Virus record (IMG/VR): IMGVR_UViG_3300042350_001432
Coordinates: 1 to 60,734 of that record
DNA length: 60,734 bases
Source: a virus
Taxonomy: Duplodnaviria > Caudoviricetes
Reading direction: 5' to 3' (one strand)
The notes below the pieces were generated by a model. The model was not told the DNA's origin, did not search any database, and was given only the letters and a program-made list of their open reading frames with translations. Shown piece by piece: positions 1 through 9,941 of the stretch (position 1 is the first letter of the stretch; every line of letters starts with the position of its first letter). The translations under genes and the position numbers were made by a program.

Positions 1-734
1 GCGCTGACGACGCAGCCTGCGTAGGTGTACTTATCGCGGGTGGTAACAGGGGTACAGCCGCTTGTTAGACCCAACGCAAAAATTCCAACAGTGCTATTGC
101 CCGCAGCAGATATTCCACAAGAGGCGGTCGTGGCAGCGCCGCCCGCGCTGACGACGCAACCTGAGTAGGTGTATTTATTGCGGGTGGTGACGCGGCCACC
201 AGCGCATCCCAAGGCAAAGATGCCGACTGTGCCGTTCCCGGCGGCGGAACCAAACACAGATGCCGCAGTAGCCGCGCCACCCGCGCTTACTACACAACCA
301 GAGTAGGTATATTTATCGCGGGTGGTTACGCGGCTGGGAGCATACCCTAACGCAAAGATACCGAGAGTACTGTTGCCCGCAGCAGAGCCTCCGCTTGATG
401 CCGCCGTAGCTGCGCCACCTGCGCTGACTACGCAGCCTGAGTAGGTGTATTTATCGCGGGTGGTAGAGTTGGAGGGGGCGTCACCCAATGCAAAGATACC
501 AGTCGTGCTGTTGCCTGCGGCAGAACCGCTGCTTGACGCAGTCGTGGCCGCGCCACCTGCGCTGACAACACAACCTGAGTAAGTGTATTTATCGCGGGTG
601 GTTGAGGCAGTTGGTACAAGCCCCAGCGCAAAGATTGCAAACGTCCCGTCAGGCACAAAGTTCGGCGGCCACAGGCCCTGACCGACCGCCTGAAACTGCT
701 GGGAGAGTGTCCAGATGCCGCTGTACGAAGGCAT
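1..734 (-). CDS. Repeat (propeller-like) protein B, alternative allele, truncated at window edge
   Basis: Missing from the ORF track; translated by hand from ATG 734: MPSYSGIWTLSQQFQAVGQGLWPPNFVPDGTFAIFALG..., open to position 1 with five IFALG-x(6-8)-TTR[DN]KYTY repeats. First 28 aa are identical to 59396..60355. Confidence 0.85.
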   Translation of the reverse strand, partial: MPSYSGIWTLSQQFQAVGQGLWPPNFVPDGTFAIFALGLVPTASTTRDKYTYSGCVVSAGGAATTASSSGSAAGNSTTGIFALGDAPSNSTTRDKYTYSGCVVSAGGAATAASSGGSAAGNSTLGIFALGYAPSRVTTRDKYTYSGCVVSAGGAATAASVFGSAAGNGTVGIFALGCAGGRVTTRNKYTYSGCVVSAGGAATTASCGISAAGNSTVGIFALGLTSGCTPVTTRDKYTYAGCVVS

Positions 735-766
735 GGATTACATTCCCTGCTCTGATGAAAGGTGTG

Positions 767-1954
767 TCATAGCGTGACACCTGCGATGCCGTTGGATGCG
801 GCGGAGCCTGCGGATGACGCCGCTGTTGCCGCACCTCCTGCGCTAACGGCGCAACTTGAGTAGGTGTATTTGTTGCGCGTAGTAATATTTGCGCTAGACC
901 CTTCGCCAAGGGCGAAGATACCAACCGTACTGTTACCCGCGGCTGAACCAGCAAATGACGCCACAGTCGCTGCGCCGCCTGCGCTGACTACGCAACCGGA
1001 GTAGGTGTATTTATCACGAGTGGTGACGAGCCCGCTAGTTATGCCAAGCGCGAAGATACCCACTGTGCTGTTGCCCGCAGCGGAACCGCTACTTGACGCT
1101 GTCGTGGCTGCGCCCCCTGCGCTGACAACGTCGCCGGAATAAGTATACTTGTCGCGGGTCGCAACGGTTGTTGAGCAATTTATAAACGAAAGCGCAAAGA
1201 TACCTACTGTACTGTTACCCGTAGCAGAACCACTCCGCCCCGGCGATGTAGCCGCACTACCTGCGCTGACGACGCAACCTGAGTAAGTGTATTTGTTGCG
1301 AGTAGCGGAGCCAGAGCCTGTACATCCCAACGCAAAAATGCCAACTGTACTGTTACCGGCGGCTGAGCCATATTGAGATGCCGCCGTTGCTGCACCCCCC
1401 GCGCTCACGACACAGCCTACATAGGTGTATTTATCGCGCGTAGTGGACCGGGAACCCCCTACTTGACCCAACGCAAAAATGCCGACCGTGCCGTTTCCTG
1501 CGGCAGACTGCCGCCGCGAAGCCGCAGTGGCCGCGCCGCCTGCGCTAACAGCGCAACTTGAATAGGTGTATTTATTACGAGTGGAGCACCCGCCACATCC
1601 AAGCGCAAAGATCGCAAACGTACCGTCCAGCACAGCCGTGATGCTATTGCTGAACGCGCTGATGGGCGACGGCCCGTAGCTGTTCAACGCAAAGACGCCA
1701 AACGTGTAGGACGTGCCCGTAGACAGCCCAGACACCGTGATCGGGGAGCCCGCCGCAGCGCCAGCAAACCCATCAGGATTGCTCCGCGCCGTATAACCGG
1801 TGATCGCCGATCCGCCGACATTAGCCGGAGCAGTGAACGTCACAGACGCGCAGTTGTTGCCGCCAGCCGTAGCCGTGCCAATCGTCGGCGCGTTCGGAGC
1901 CTGAAGCGGGTCAAACCCTACGCCGAGGATGCCGCCCTGATACCGTTGCGACAT
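767..1954 (-). CDS. FN3 domain plus six ~46-aa repeats (propeller-like protein A), putative virion adhesin
   Basis: N-terminal APNAPTIGTATAG...VTFTAP...YTFGVFALNSYG is FN3-like, followed by six IFAL[GS]...TR[DN]KYTY...SAAGNSTV repeats; located in the tail module. Confidence 0.8.
   Translation of the reverse strand: MSQRYQGGILGVGFDPLQAPNAPTIGTATAGGNNCASVTFTAPANVGGSAITGYTARSNPDGFAGAAAGSPITVSGLSTGTSYTFGVFALNSYGPSPISAFSNSITAVLDGTFAIFALGCGGCSTRNKYTYSSCAVSAGGAATAASRRQSAAGNGTVGIFALGQVGGSRSTTRDKYTYVGCVVSAGGAATAASQYGSAAGNSTVGIFALGCTGSGSATRNKYTYSGCVVSAGSAATSPGRSGSATGNSTVGIFALSFINCSTTVATRDKYTYSGDVVSAGGAATTASSSGSAAGNSTVGIFALGITSGLVTTRDKYTYSGCVVSAGGAATVASFAGSAAGNSTVGIFALGEGSSANITTRNKYTYSSCAVSAGGAATAASSAGSAASNGIAGVTL
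987..1113. repeat. 127-bp exact repeat, copy 1 (circularisation junction)
   Basis: Identical to 60608-60734 (actacgcaaccggagtagg...gtcgtggctgcgc). Confidence 0.95.
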
Positions 1955-1963
1955 GAGATGTCC

Positions 1964-2338
1964 TTACGAAATGTCTTCCCACGAGCAGGTCACGATAAGG
2001 TCGTTTGCTGTACCAGCAGTTGCGCCAATGCTTTCGTTTTCTTTGAGGTAGATCGACGTGGTCTTGTCAATGACGATCAGCGAAGCGTCCGCCGGCACCG
2101 AGACGGTAGAGGCAATGGCAAAGGCCGTGCCGCCCAGAGCCGCTGCACTGTACTTGTTGATCGTGATGTCGCAGGCGTTGGTGCCATCCACATTCGAGAC
2201 AATGAGCGTGTTGATCTTCAACACCTTGCCGCTCGACGCGGCGTTGCTCACGATAGACGTGGCGCTCGTCGAGGTCAGCGACGTGCTGCTGTTCTCGCCC
2301 AAGATGCTTGTGACGTTGACGATATTCGGGTTGGCCAT
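1964..2338 (-). CDS. Small virion structural protein
   Basis: Ser/Thr/Ala-rich, beta-type sequence; SD ggaag; in the tail operon. Confidence 0.7.
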   Translation of the reverse strand: MANPNIVNVTSILGENSSTSLTSTSATSIVSNAASSGKVLKINTLIVSNVDGTNACDITINKYSAAALGGTAFAIASTVSVPADASLIVIDKTTSIYLKENESIGATAGTANDLIVTCSWEDIS

Positions 2339-2349
2339 GACCTACTTCC

Positions 2350-2619
2350 TCACAGTCCGAAAATTAGGGAGAAGGCAATGGCCTGCCCCTTAGTTGCGCC
2401 CGTAGCCGCTGGCGTCTGCGACACCCAAGTTGTGCCGTTGCTGGTAAGCACATTGCCTGCCGTGCTGGGCGACACAGATGATACCACAGAAGTGCCATTG
2501 CCGACCAGCACAGAACCAGCGGTAAGCGTAGTCGCGCCCGTGCCGCCGTTGCCAACAGGCAGTGTGCCTGAAGCCGTCGATACGTTTACCGGAGGGAGGA
2601 TGCTTGAAAGAGTTGCCAT
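2350..2619 (-). CDS. Short tail-fibre-like protein
   Basis: Contains LPVGNGGTG and [13 protein letters not shown] modules shared with the larger fibres. Confidence 0.7.
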   Translation of the reverse strand: MATLSSILPPVNVSTASGTLPVGNGGTGATTLTAGSVLVGNGTSVVSSVSPSTAGNVLTSNGTTWVSQTPAATGATKGQAIAFSLIFGL

Positions 2620-2631
2620 GTGTCTAGTTCC

Positions 2632-4551
2632 TCAAGCGATGGCCAAGAAGATGTAGGTGGCGGCGTTGACGTTGATGTTGGACGCCGCGACCTGATTGAC
2701 GACGAAGCCGGTGCTGTCGGTATCAACGCTGTCGTTGCTTGTCACCTGCGCCGCCGTGCTGTTCAGCGCCAGATACGGGTCGTTGCCGGCGACGATGCCG
2801 CGTGCGCTATCCCAGACGTACCAGTCGCCCGTGCTGTCCGTGCGCTTGATAAGCACGAACCGTGCGCCCGTCGTGAAGGCGCAGTTGATCGTCTGGCTGC
2901 TGCCGTTGCCGGTGTAGCTGCCGACCTTGCTCACGCCGGGGACGCTGGCAAAGAGATAGGCGACGTAGGTAGAACCAGCCGCGCCTACCGCGCTAGAAGC
3001 GCCGTTGATCGTAAACTGTGTTGCGGTTGGGGCCGTATCGTCCCAAGCACCAGAAAGACCGCGAGCCGCTGTATCTTCCAAGAACAATGCTCTTGTCGCA
3101 TCGCCATAGTACACGGGCCAAACCCCAGTCCCGCTGCGCCGCTTGACAATCATCAACTCAGGTACAACGCCCAAGTTGTGCGCTTGCGTGAGTACAGAAC
3201 CCGTCCCCGTGTAGCAAACCACATCCATGAAGCCGGGGGCGCGGCGGAAGTTCCAATAAATAACGTTTAGCCCATAACCAGACCAGTAGCTATTATCTAC
3301 AACTGCTGTGTTGTTTTGAAACCCAATTCCTATAGAGCTACCAGTAGATTCTGCTAAAGTAGAATTTGTATTGACAAAAGCGTAACTGGTAGTAGTGCCA
3401 CCGCGCAGCCTATCCATTGTATTTTTACTACTGCCAGACACGTCTGTGGAAATAACCAAATCCACTGGAAAGTTTGTCGTGACCGTGTAGGGTGAAGATG
3501 CGCTTGTTGCATACACCGGACTAAACACACTCGTCCCCAGCGTCGGGGTACGCATCGGGCCGCGACGGATGGCCATGTAAATCATGGTGTTGCCGTTGCC
3601 GTTAAAGTCGCTATCGCTAGATATGAGTTGGAAGCCGGTGGCCGTTGGAGCCAAGATCGGCATATTTGAGTAGCCATTCTCATTCGTGGCTGCGTTCGGA
3701 TACAAAGACGCCTGAACGCCGCTAACGGGCATCCCACGCATATTGTCTAAGACATACCAATACGCGCTGTTATTAATGCATTTGAACAGTATCCACTGCG
3801 GCTCCCAGCCAAGTGTGATCACCGGCCCGGTGCTAGAGCCGTTCCCGACATAACTCCCACACTGAATGATCCCGTCAGACGCGGTGACGTGGGCGAAGAG
3901 GTAGGCGACGTAGGTGCCGCCAGAGGCGTTGACGGTCGCGTCAGTGCCGACACTAAACTCAGTCGAAGTTGGCGTTGTGCTGTTCCAGCGGGTCGCGCCT
4001 GTGGCTACAGCAGCCGTGTCATTAAGCACCATATACTGCGTGTTGGCGTTGCTGCGGTGGTAGACCTGCCAGTCGCCTGTCGTGTCGGTGCGTTTAACGA
4101 TTATCATCCCCGGCGCAACGCCAAGGTTATGAGCAATGTTTCTGTTAGCTCCATTCCCCGTATACGTCACCACGTCGAAGAAGTTGGGCGCTTCGCGGAA
4201 TGTCCATGAGGCGTAGGGTGCAGTATTGGTGTTAACAACACCTGATGTGCCAACTGTGAAGCCGTTTGAATTATATGCCGTTACACTATTGAAAATAGTC
4301 GAAGCCGCACCTGTGGTGTCGGAAAACAACGTGTTTGTTGTTCCCCGAAGCGTGTCCATTAGGCCGTGAGACTGCGTTCCGTCTCGACGTTTTACCCAAA
4401 CCAACCCGCCCTCACCGGACAAATTAATGCCATTGGTGATGGTCTGTGCGCTCCCAGTACCCGTGTACAGGTACGTCGAAAACACGTCCTCAACGAACAA
4501 CTGCGCGCTCCCGCCACCCAATCCAACCAACATGTTAAAAATGCCAGTCAC
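2632..4551 (-). CDS. Tail-associated / receptor-binding protein with internally repeated beta domains
   Basis: Probable GTG start at 4551 overlapping the upstream TAG; recurring V..YTG.G...HNLG..P.MIIVKR and GSY.GNGS segments. Confidence 0.75.
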   Translation of the reverse strand: MTGIFNMLVGLGGGSAQLFVEDVFSTYLYTGTGSAQTITNGINLSGEGGLVWVKRRDGTQSHGLMDTLRGTTNTLFSDTTGAASTIFNSVTAYNSNGFTVGTSGVVNTNTAPYASWTFREAPNFFDVVTYTGNGANRNIAHNLGVAPGMIIVKRTDTTGDWQVYHRSNANTQYMVLNDTAAVATGATRWNSTTPTSTEFSVGTDATVNASGGTYVAYLFAHVTASDGIIQCGSYVGNGSSTGPVITLGWEPQWILFKCINNSAYWYVLDNMRGMPVSGVQASLYPNAATNENGYSNMPILAPTATGFQLISSDSDFNGNGNTMIYMAIRRGPMRTPTLGTSVFSPVYATSASSPYTVTTNFPVDLVISTDVSGSSKNTMDRLRGGTTTSYAFVNTNSTLAESTGSSIGIGFQNNTAVVDNSYWSGYGLNVIYWNFRRAPGFMDVVCYTGTGSVLTQAHNLGVVPELMIVKRRSGTGVWPVYYGDATRALFLEDTAARGLSGAWDDTAPTATQFTINGASSAVGAAGSTYVAYLFASVPGVSKVGSYTGNGSSQTINCAFTTGARFVLIKRTDSTGDWYVWDSARGIVAGNDPYLALNSTAAQVTSNDSVDTDSTGFVVNQVAASNINVNAATYIFLAIA

Positions 4552-7457
4552 TAGGTAACCCCTGCGCCGGAGATGGCCCAAGTCGTAGCGGCAACCTTTA
4601 CGCAGGTCGCAAGGCCATATTGAGCCAGTGTGCGTGAGCCGGTTGTGGCGGTACCCGCCAATCGCAGCGTGTCGGTCGTGATGCTGATCGTCTGGTTGCT
4701 GCCGCTATTGTTAAAGATAGATATTGCTGCACCAATAGGAAACGCGACTGATCCGTTTGCGGGGATTACCACACCACCTGTTGTGGTGTTAATCATCTTG
4801 CCCTGATCGGACAGAGCCAATGTGTAGGCTCCCGTCTGGCTGTTTTGCGGCAGACCGCGATAGCCTATGGTGTCAGCAGCAATAGTGCCAGTCGCGGTAA
4901 TTGTTACATCTTGGTCGAGTGCGGTTATATCTGTATTTGCACCTGACGCGGCAGCGCCGAGTGATGTTAGGGCTGCTCCTGCTGTAGTTGCGCCTGTGCC
5001 GCCATTGGCTACGCCAAGCGTACCCGTCAGGTCGCTTGTTGGGATCGTAGCTGAAGCCGTCATGGCGCTTGTGCCGCTACCCTTAACGTAACCAGTTAGC
5101 GTAGTCGCGCCCGTGCCGCCGCGTGAAACATTTAGTGTGCCGGTAGTCTGGGTGTTAATGTCTGCTGCACCGCTTGCGCCGCCGACCTGCGCAAACACGT
5201 TCCAAGTCGTGCCGCTATAGACAAGCTGAACACTGACGTTGGAAATGTCGCAAATCAGGTCACTAGCGGAGCCCTCAATGGTGGATCCGTTACGACCTAC
5301 TGTGAGGTTGGTTGTGGCCCACGAACTTGAGGTATCAATGACAAAGACCTGATCGCCAACAGCCGGAGTGGCAGGAAGCGTAACCGTGAAGGCCCCGCCG
5401 CTAGTGTCGGTCTGGACGCCGTCATTGGCGGCAGCGGTGTAGTTAGCCGTCTTGACCGTAGTGTATGTAATGCCACCGGCTGGTGCAAGCTGTGACACCC
5501 ACGCGGTACCGTTGCTTGTCAAAACATTCCCGGCAGTGCCCGGTGAAGATAGCCCCGTGCCGCCGTTGGCTGGGGCGAGTACGCCAGACGTGATCTGCGT
5601 TGCAGCAATAGCAATAGATGTATCGGTGACGCTCGTAGCCTGCCCCTGCGCGTTGACCGCAATGACAGGCACAGATGACGCGCTGCCGTAGGTATTGGCT
5701 GTGACGCCAGTGTTTGTGATGCTGAAGACCGTACCAGCCAGAGATAGGCCAGTGCCCGCTGAATATGTGATCGGAGCGCCAAATTGCGTGAAGACAATGG
5801 CCGTTGTGCCCACAGTGATCGGCAGTGGCGTCTGCTGCACCCAAGACGTGTTGGCTAGTGTTGAGCCTCCAGTGACAAGGAAGAAGTCGCCTTGGTCAAT
5901 CTGGTCAACGCCAGTACCCGCACTGTCAAAGTCTGTTGCGCGGGTAAGGATATACGGCGTGGATCCGTCGCCGGTCTGCGTAACAACGTAAACGCCGTTG
6001 TTAGCCCCCGCCACCTCGTTCTTGACCAAGATGCGGTTACCCGCAACCACAGCCACGCCGTCAACGCTCAGCGCGCCATTGGCATTGGCCGTAAGCGTTG
6101 CACCGACACCACTGGTGCCGTTGTTGTATGTGTTGGCGGGCAAAGCCGCAACAGTCGCCAAGCGCACGGCTTGGTGGAAGTTAATGCCAGATGCGATGGT
6201 ATCAGCATATGTCTTATTGACGATGTCCGTGCCGCTGGTCGGAGCCGTGCTGACTGTGCCCGTGGTAAGCGCAATCGACGTTATGTCGGTGTTTGCGCCT
6301 GACGCCGCTGCACTAAGGTTTGTGCGCGCATTAGGGGCTGTCGTTGCGCCAGTGCCGCCATTGACCACAGCAACAACGCCAGTGACGTTTGAGGCCGTGC
6401 CAGTCGTATTCTGGTTGAGCGTTGGAACGTCAGCCGCGACAATAGTGCGGAATGTGGGTGTGCCTGACGTGCCGTCTGGTGCCGCTAGGAAGGTGTTAGC
6501 CGTCTGCGCTGCGAAGTTGGCGGCAGTAACGACAAGCGTCCCACCAAGGGTTAGCGATCCTGATGTAGTTACTGTTCCGCTCAGGCTCAGGCCGCTGACA
6601 GAGCCGGTGCCTGATACTGACGTGACCGTCCCCGTAGTCGAACTGGTACCTGCACCAATGGCAGTACGAAACGTAGGCGCATCTAAAGCAGAAACGGTGT
6701 TATCTGCATTAAATTGTGGGAAAGTTATTGCCGATGGATTAGTTAAAGTGAAAATATTGCCGCCGATTGTTGTCGCGCCAAGGTTCACCCGTGCATTAGG
6801 CGCTGTCGTTGCGCCCGTACCGCCGCTGGCCACGGCAAGCGTACCGCCAATCGTAATTGTGCCACCAGCCGTAATTGGCCCACCGCTTGTTGTTAGGCCG
6901 GTTGTTCCACCGCTGACATCAACGCTTGTGACTGTACCAGCCCCAGTTCCGCTTGCACCAGTTGGACCCGTTGGCCCAGCAACAGTTGATGCATCACCTG
7001 TCGGACCTGTAGGACCGCCAGCGCCTGTTGTTCCTGTAGGGCCTGTAGGGCCTGTAGGGCCTGTGTTACCTGTCGGACCAATTGGGCCTGATGAGCCTGT
7101 TGGCCCGGTAATACCTTGTGCGCCCGTTGGACCTGTGGCCCCTGTAATGCCCTGCGCGCCCTGAATACCTGTTGGCCCCGTAGGACCAGCACCGCCGGTT
7201 GGACCGATATCTCCCGTTGGGCCGACAGGCCCTTGGTTACCTGCCGTGCCCTGATTGCCTGTTGGACCAGTCGGGCCTGTAGTGCCCGTGGGGCCAATAC
7301 CGCCCTGAGCGCCAGTTGGGCCCGTTGGGCCGACAGCAATGCCCGCAATGGCAGATGCGGTTGTGCGACGCGAAACGCCAGCCTGCACAATTTCCAACTG
7401 CTCCGTGCCATCCAAAGAGGTGGCGAGTGGAAGCTGAGGGATTGTGGTGTTGGCCAT
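4551..7457 (-). CDS. Tail fibre with collagen-like (G-X-Y) segment
   Basis: About 40 G-X-Y triplets, mostly GPT (~6950-7334), plus multiple L.V..GGTG.T fibre repeats. Confidence 0.85.
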   Translation of the reverse strand: MANTTIPQLPLATSLDGTEQLEIVQAGVSRRTTASAIAGIAVGPTGPTGAQGGIGPTGTTGPTGPTGNQGTAGNQGPVGPTGDIGPTGGAGPTGPTGIQGAQGITGATGPTGAQGITGPTGSSGPIGPTGNTGPTGPTGPTGTTGAGGPTGPTGDASTVAGPTGPTGASGTGAGTVTSVDVSGGTTGLTTSGGPITAGGTITIGGTLAVASGGTGATTAPNARVNLGATTIGGNIFTLTNPSAITFPQFNADNTVSALDAPTFRTAIGAGTSSTTGTVTSVSGTGSVSGLSLSGTVTTSGSLTLGGTLVVTAANFAAQTANTFLAAPDGTSGTPTFRTIVAADVPTLNQNTTGTASNVTGVVAVVNGGTGATTAPNARTNLSAAASGANTDITSIALTTGTVSTAPTSGTDIVNKTYADTIASGINFHQAVRLATVAALPANTYNNGTSGVGATLTANANGALSVDGVAVVAGNRILVKNEVAGANNGVYVVTQTGDGSTPYILTRATDFDSAGTGVDQIDQGDFFLVTGGSTLANTSWVQQTPLPITVGTTAIVFTQFGAPITYSAGTGLSLAGTVFSITNTGVTANTYGSASSVPVIAVNAQGQATSVTDTSIAIAATQITSGVLAPANGGTGLSSPGTAGNVLTSNGTAWVSQLAPAGGITYTTVKTANYTAAANDGVQTDTSGGAFTVTLPATPAVGDQVFVIDTSSSWATTNLTVGRNGSTIEGSASDLICDISNVSVQLVYSGTTWNVFAQVGGASGAADINTQTTGTLNVSRGGTGATTLTGYVKGSGTSAMTASATIPTSDLTGTLGVANGGTGATTAGAALTSLGAAASGANTDITALDQDVTITATGTIAADTIGYRGLPQNSQTGAYTLALSDQGKMINTTTGGVVIPANGSVAFPIGAAISIFNNSGSNQTISITTDTLRLAGTATTGSRTLAQYGLATCVKVAATTWAISGAGVT

Positions 7458-7459
7458 TG

Positions 7460-8194
7460 TTAGATCCCCGTCTGCGGTATCTGGGTGAAGCCGTAGGGCA
7501 GGCCAACCAGCGCCGTGACCATGTTTGTCGTCGCAGTGAGCAACGATGCAGCGGGTATAACCTTATTCGTCTGGTAGGTAAATGCCGTCGCAGTTGTCAC
7601 CGTGATGCTGTAAAACCCACATGCATTCACGTTTGCAAGGCCTTCGACCGATATCTGCGCGTCCGTTACAAGGCCGTGAGCCGCCGAAAACGTAACAGAG
7701 ATCTGGTCAGTACCAACGGAAGAAATCGACAGCGGGTTCAATTTGACGCTGAAATGCTCTTTGCCGACGAGCGGCATAATTGCGCCTTGGGTCAAGCCAG
7801 TCGGAGGCCCAACCTGCTGCGTCAGGAGGTTCTGCCCATCCTGCGTGGTGAGCGTTACATTGACGGGGATGGGGATGCCTGTGGTTGGGTCAATGATTGG
7901 CGGCGCTGTAGCCGTCTGGTAGTCGGTTTCAGCTTGCGCAAAATCTTGTGTGCGCGCCTGCATAATCGGCACGGGATCCGCAGGCACCACAATCGCCCTC
8001 AATTGGGTCTGTGGCGTGTCCAAGCAGCTATTGCAGACAAGGATGCGAATGTTCTGCAAGGCTGCGCCGCGCCAGTCATACTGCCATTGCAAATCAGCGT
8101 GGTTATACCGAAACCCGCAGCGGTCGCAGATTGCATGCGCCTGCGGCCCGGATGAGCTTGTTCTGGCCCGACCTGACTGCGAGGCATATGCCAT
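7460..8194 (-). CDS. Conserved virion-module protein with two CxxC motifs
   Basis: [10 protein letters not shown]...LVCNSCLD, plus a C-terminal AHGL...FTY beta module. Confidence 0.7.
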   Translation of the reverse strand: MAYASQSGRARTSSSGPQAHAICDRCGFRYNHADLQWQYDWRGAALQNIRILVCNSCLDTPQTQLRAIVVPADPVPIMQARTQDFAQAETDYQTATAPPIIDPTTGIPIPVNVTLTTQDGQNLLTQQVGPPTGLTQGAIMPLVGKEHFSVKLNPLSISSVGTDQISVTFSAAHGLVTDAQISVEGLANVNACGFYSITVTTATAFTYQTNKVIPAASLLTATTNMVTALVGLPYGFTQIPQTGI

Positions 8195-8199
8195 TGATG

Positions 8200-9066
8200 C
8201 TACCTAAAATAGCCAGAGATCATGGGGGAGATATACTGCTGGGCAGTTTCAACGTTTTGCATTGCAGCAATCTGGTAGGATTCGTCAGCTAGCGGCTTGA
8301 GCATTTGAACGCGATCTGGTGCCCACATCAGAGCCAAACGCTGCGCCAGACCGTAGGCAAACGCCTCAAGAAAATAGACAGGCGCATTCACCGTTTGCCC
8401 GTTGAAAAAATCTGAATCGTCAATTTGGCAGACCTGATAATAGCTAAGGGCCGTCTGGGACCCGTCCGGCACCGGCCACAGGTTCACGTTGCTGGTGATC
8501 TGGCGGTTCTGCCAATACGTTGTCGGGAAGCCCTGCTGCTCTTTGTTGGGGTAGGACGCATACTCCGTGCGGCCAATCGGCAGGATCAGGCGGTCAATCG
8601 ACTGAGCCGTCTTGCCGATAATGGACCCCAAAGCAACCGTCTGCGAATTGCTAACTGTCCAAGTGCTGCCAGAGCCAGCCGTTATCTGGGTTCCGCTGAT
8701 AATTGCGTTGCCCGAAATCGTCATGCCGATGGAAGGCGTTCCTGAGGTTACGGTCAGCGTTGTCCCGCTGATTGAGCCCGTAAACACCTCAGCGCCCGTG
8801 ACAATGTAGGTGTCCAGCATGACGATGTTGTTGCCCGGAACCGTGTAGGTGGACTGCCCCTGAACAAGCGGGATGCTCTGAAGGTTGACCATCCACAGGT
8901 TGACGCCTTCCGACGACCAGCGGCCAAGCAGCAAATTTGCCGCCATGCGCGCTGACTCCATGTGTTCTTGGAGCAACGCAGTGTTGCGAATTCCACACAG
9001 GTTGAAAGCGTAGAGCGTCAGTTCGCCAAGCGACGGATTGTAGTTGAAGGTGCCGCTTGCGGTCAT
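8200..9066 (-). CDS. Head-tail adaptor / tail tubular-like protein
   Basis: NLLL..W...GVNLW, L.QGQSTY and YASYPNK..QG.P...LWPVPD motifs; position downstream of the capsid genes. Confidence 0.65.
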   Translation of the reverse strand: MTASGTFNYNPSLGELTLYAFNLCGIRNTALLQEHMESARMAANLLLGRWSSEGVNLWMVNLQSIPLVQGQSTYTVPGNNIVMLDTYIVTGAEVFTGSISGTTLTVTSGTPSIGMTISGNAIISGTQITAGSGSTWTVSNSQTVALGSIIGKTAQSIDRLILPIGRTEYASYPNKEQQGFPTTYWQNRQITSNVNLWPVPDGSQTALSYYQVCQIDDSDFFNGQTVNAPVYFLEAFAYGLAQRLALMWAPDRVQMLKPLADESYQIAAMQNVETAQQYISPMISGYFR

Positions 9067-9076
9067 GACCTACCCC

Positions 9077-9871
9077 TTAAAGAGCGCCATCGTTCTTAAT
9101 ATAGACAATCTGCATATTGGCATCGACAGACGTCGATGCTGTTGTGCTGATAGCCCGGATTTCAAAGTCAATTTTTTCCGGGATTTGGATGGGGTATTCA
9201 AACTTGTTTTGAAAGTTGCCGCCATTCGCGCAGATCCATTGCAGGGCGCTGTCGAGCGGGCCGCCTTGCGAAGAGGCGATATACAGACCGAAATTGGTCC
9301 ACTGGCCAGCGGTCGCGTTGCCGGAAGAGGACTGAATTGCGGCAATGTACGCAGTGTAGCCTGCTGGGACGGTCCAAATGGCGGATGTGGCACCAGACTG
9401 GGCCAAATAATTTAAATAAACCACCGCAGGAACCCCTGCGGTCACGGTTCCCGTGCCAACGGAAATTGTGCCAGCCGCCGCCAGCCCGGTGCCGGCAGTC
9501 GCTACATACATGTGCGTGACGCGCAAAAAAGAATTGGTGGTGTTGACGCCGGTCTGGCCGTTCAGCGTCACCGTCTCTTGGATTTGGTTGTAGTTGGCGT
9601 CCAAGCCCTGAACGACCACCGTCCTAGCGCCAGTACCTGCTGCGGCATCATTCGCGCTGGTGCTGGCAACAACCATAACTTGTGCGCTTGCGGGATAGAC
9701 GTAAATGCCGCCCCGGTTCCAAACCGTGGCCTGCGACGTGCCCAGCGTTGGGAACGTGCCAGAAACCAAAATGACTGAGTGACCCGTAATTTGGCCACGG
9801 GCGACCTGAAGCTCAAACGGCTCAGTGACCCCAACGCGGCTGATGGACTGGCAGACGATACCGGAAGCCAT
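9077..9871 (-). CDS. Virion structural protein
   Basis: 264-aa beta-rich ORF in the late operon (GTGARTVVVQGLDANY). Confidence 0.65.
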   Translation of the reverse strand: MASGIVCQSISRVGVTEPFELQVARGQITGHSVILVSGTFPTLGTSQATVWNRGGIYVYPASAQVMVVASTSANDAAAGTGARTVVVQGLDANYNQIQETVTLNGQTGVNTTNSFLRVTHMYVATAGTGLAAAGTISVGTGTVTAGVPAVVYLNYLAQSGATSAIWTVPAGYTAYIAAIQSSSGNATAGQWTNFGLYIASSQGGPLDSALQWICANGGNFQNKFEYPIQIPEKIDFEIRAISTTASTSVDANMQIVYIKNDGAL

Positions 9872-9941
9872 AAAACGAACCCTTCTTATAAGGCCTTGAG
9901 CCTAAAATCCCCGTGACATTACCACCGATCAGGGCGGCAGA

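Noticed and set aside
1-1954. Diversity-generating retroelement as the cause of loop variation
   Set aside because: No reverse transcriptase ORF and no non-coding template repeat; differences include indels and all four bases rather than adenine-specific changes.
5998-7164. Long plus-strand ORFs (also 18132..19169, 34341..35804, 46134..47054, 48987..49874)
   Set aside because: These are antisense shadows of well-supported minus-strand genes in GC-rich DNA, with no RBS or recognisable motifs.
6950-7334. Prolyl hydroxylation of the collagen segment by the 2OG oxygenase
   Set aside because: Prolines are in the X position, none at Y, and the oxygenase has an HxH rather than P4H-type HxD motif.
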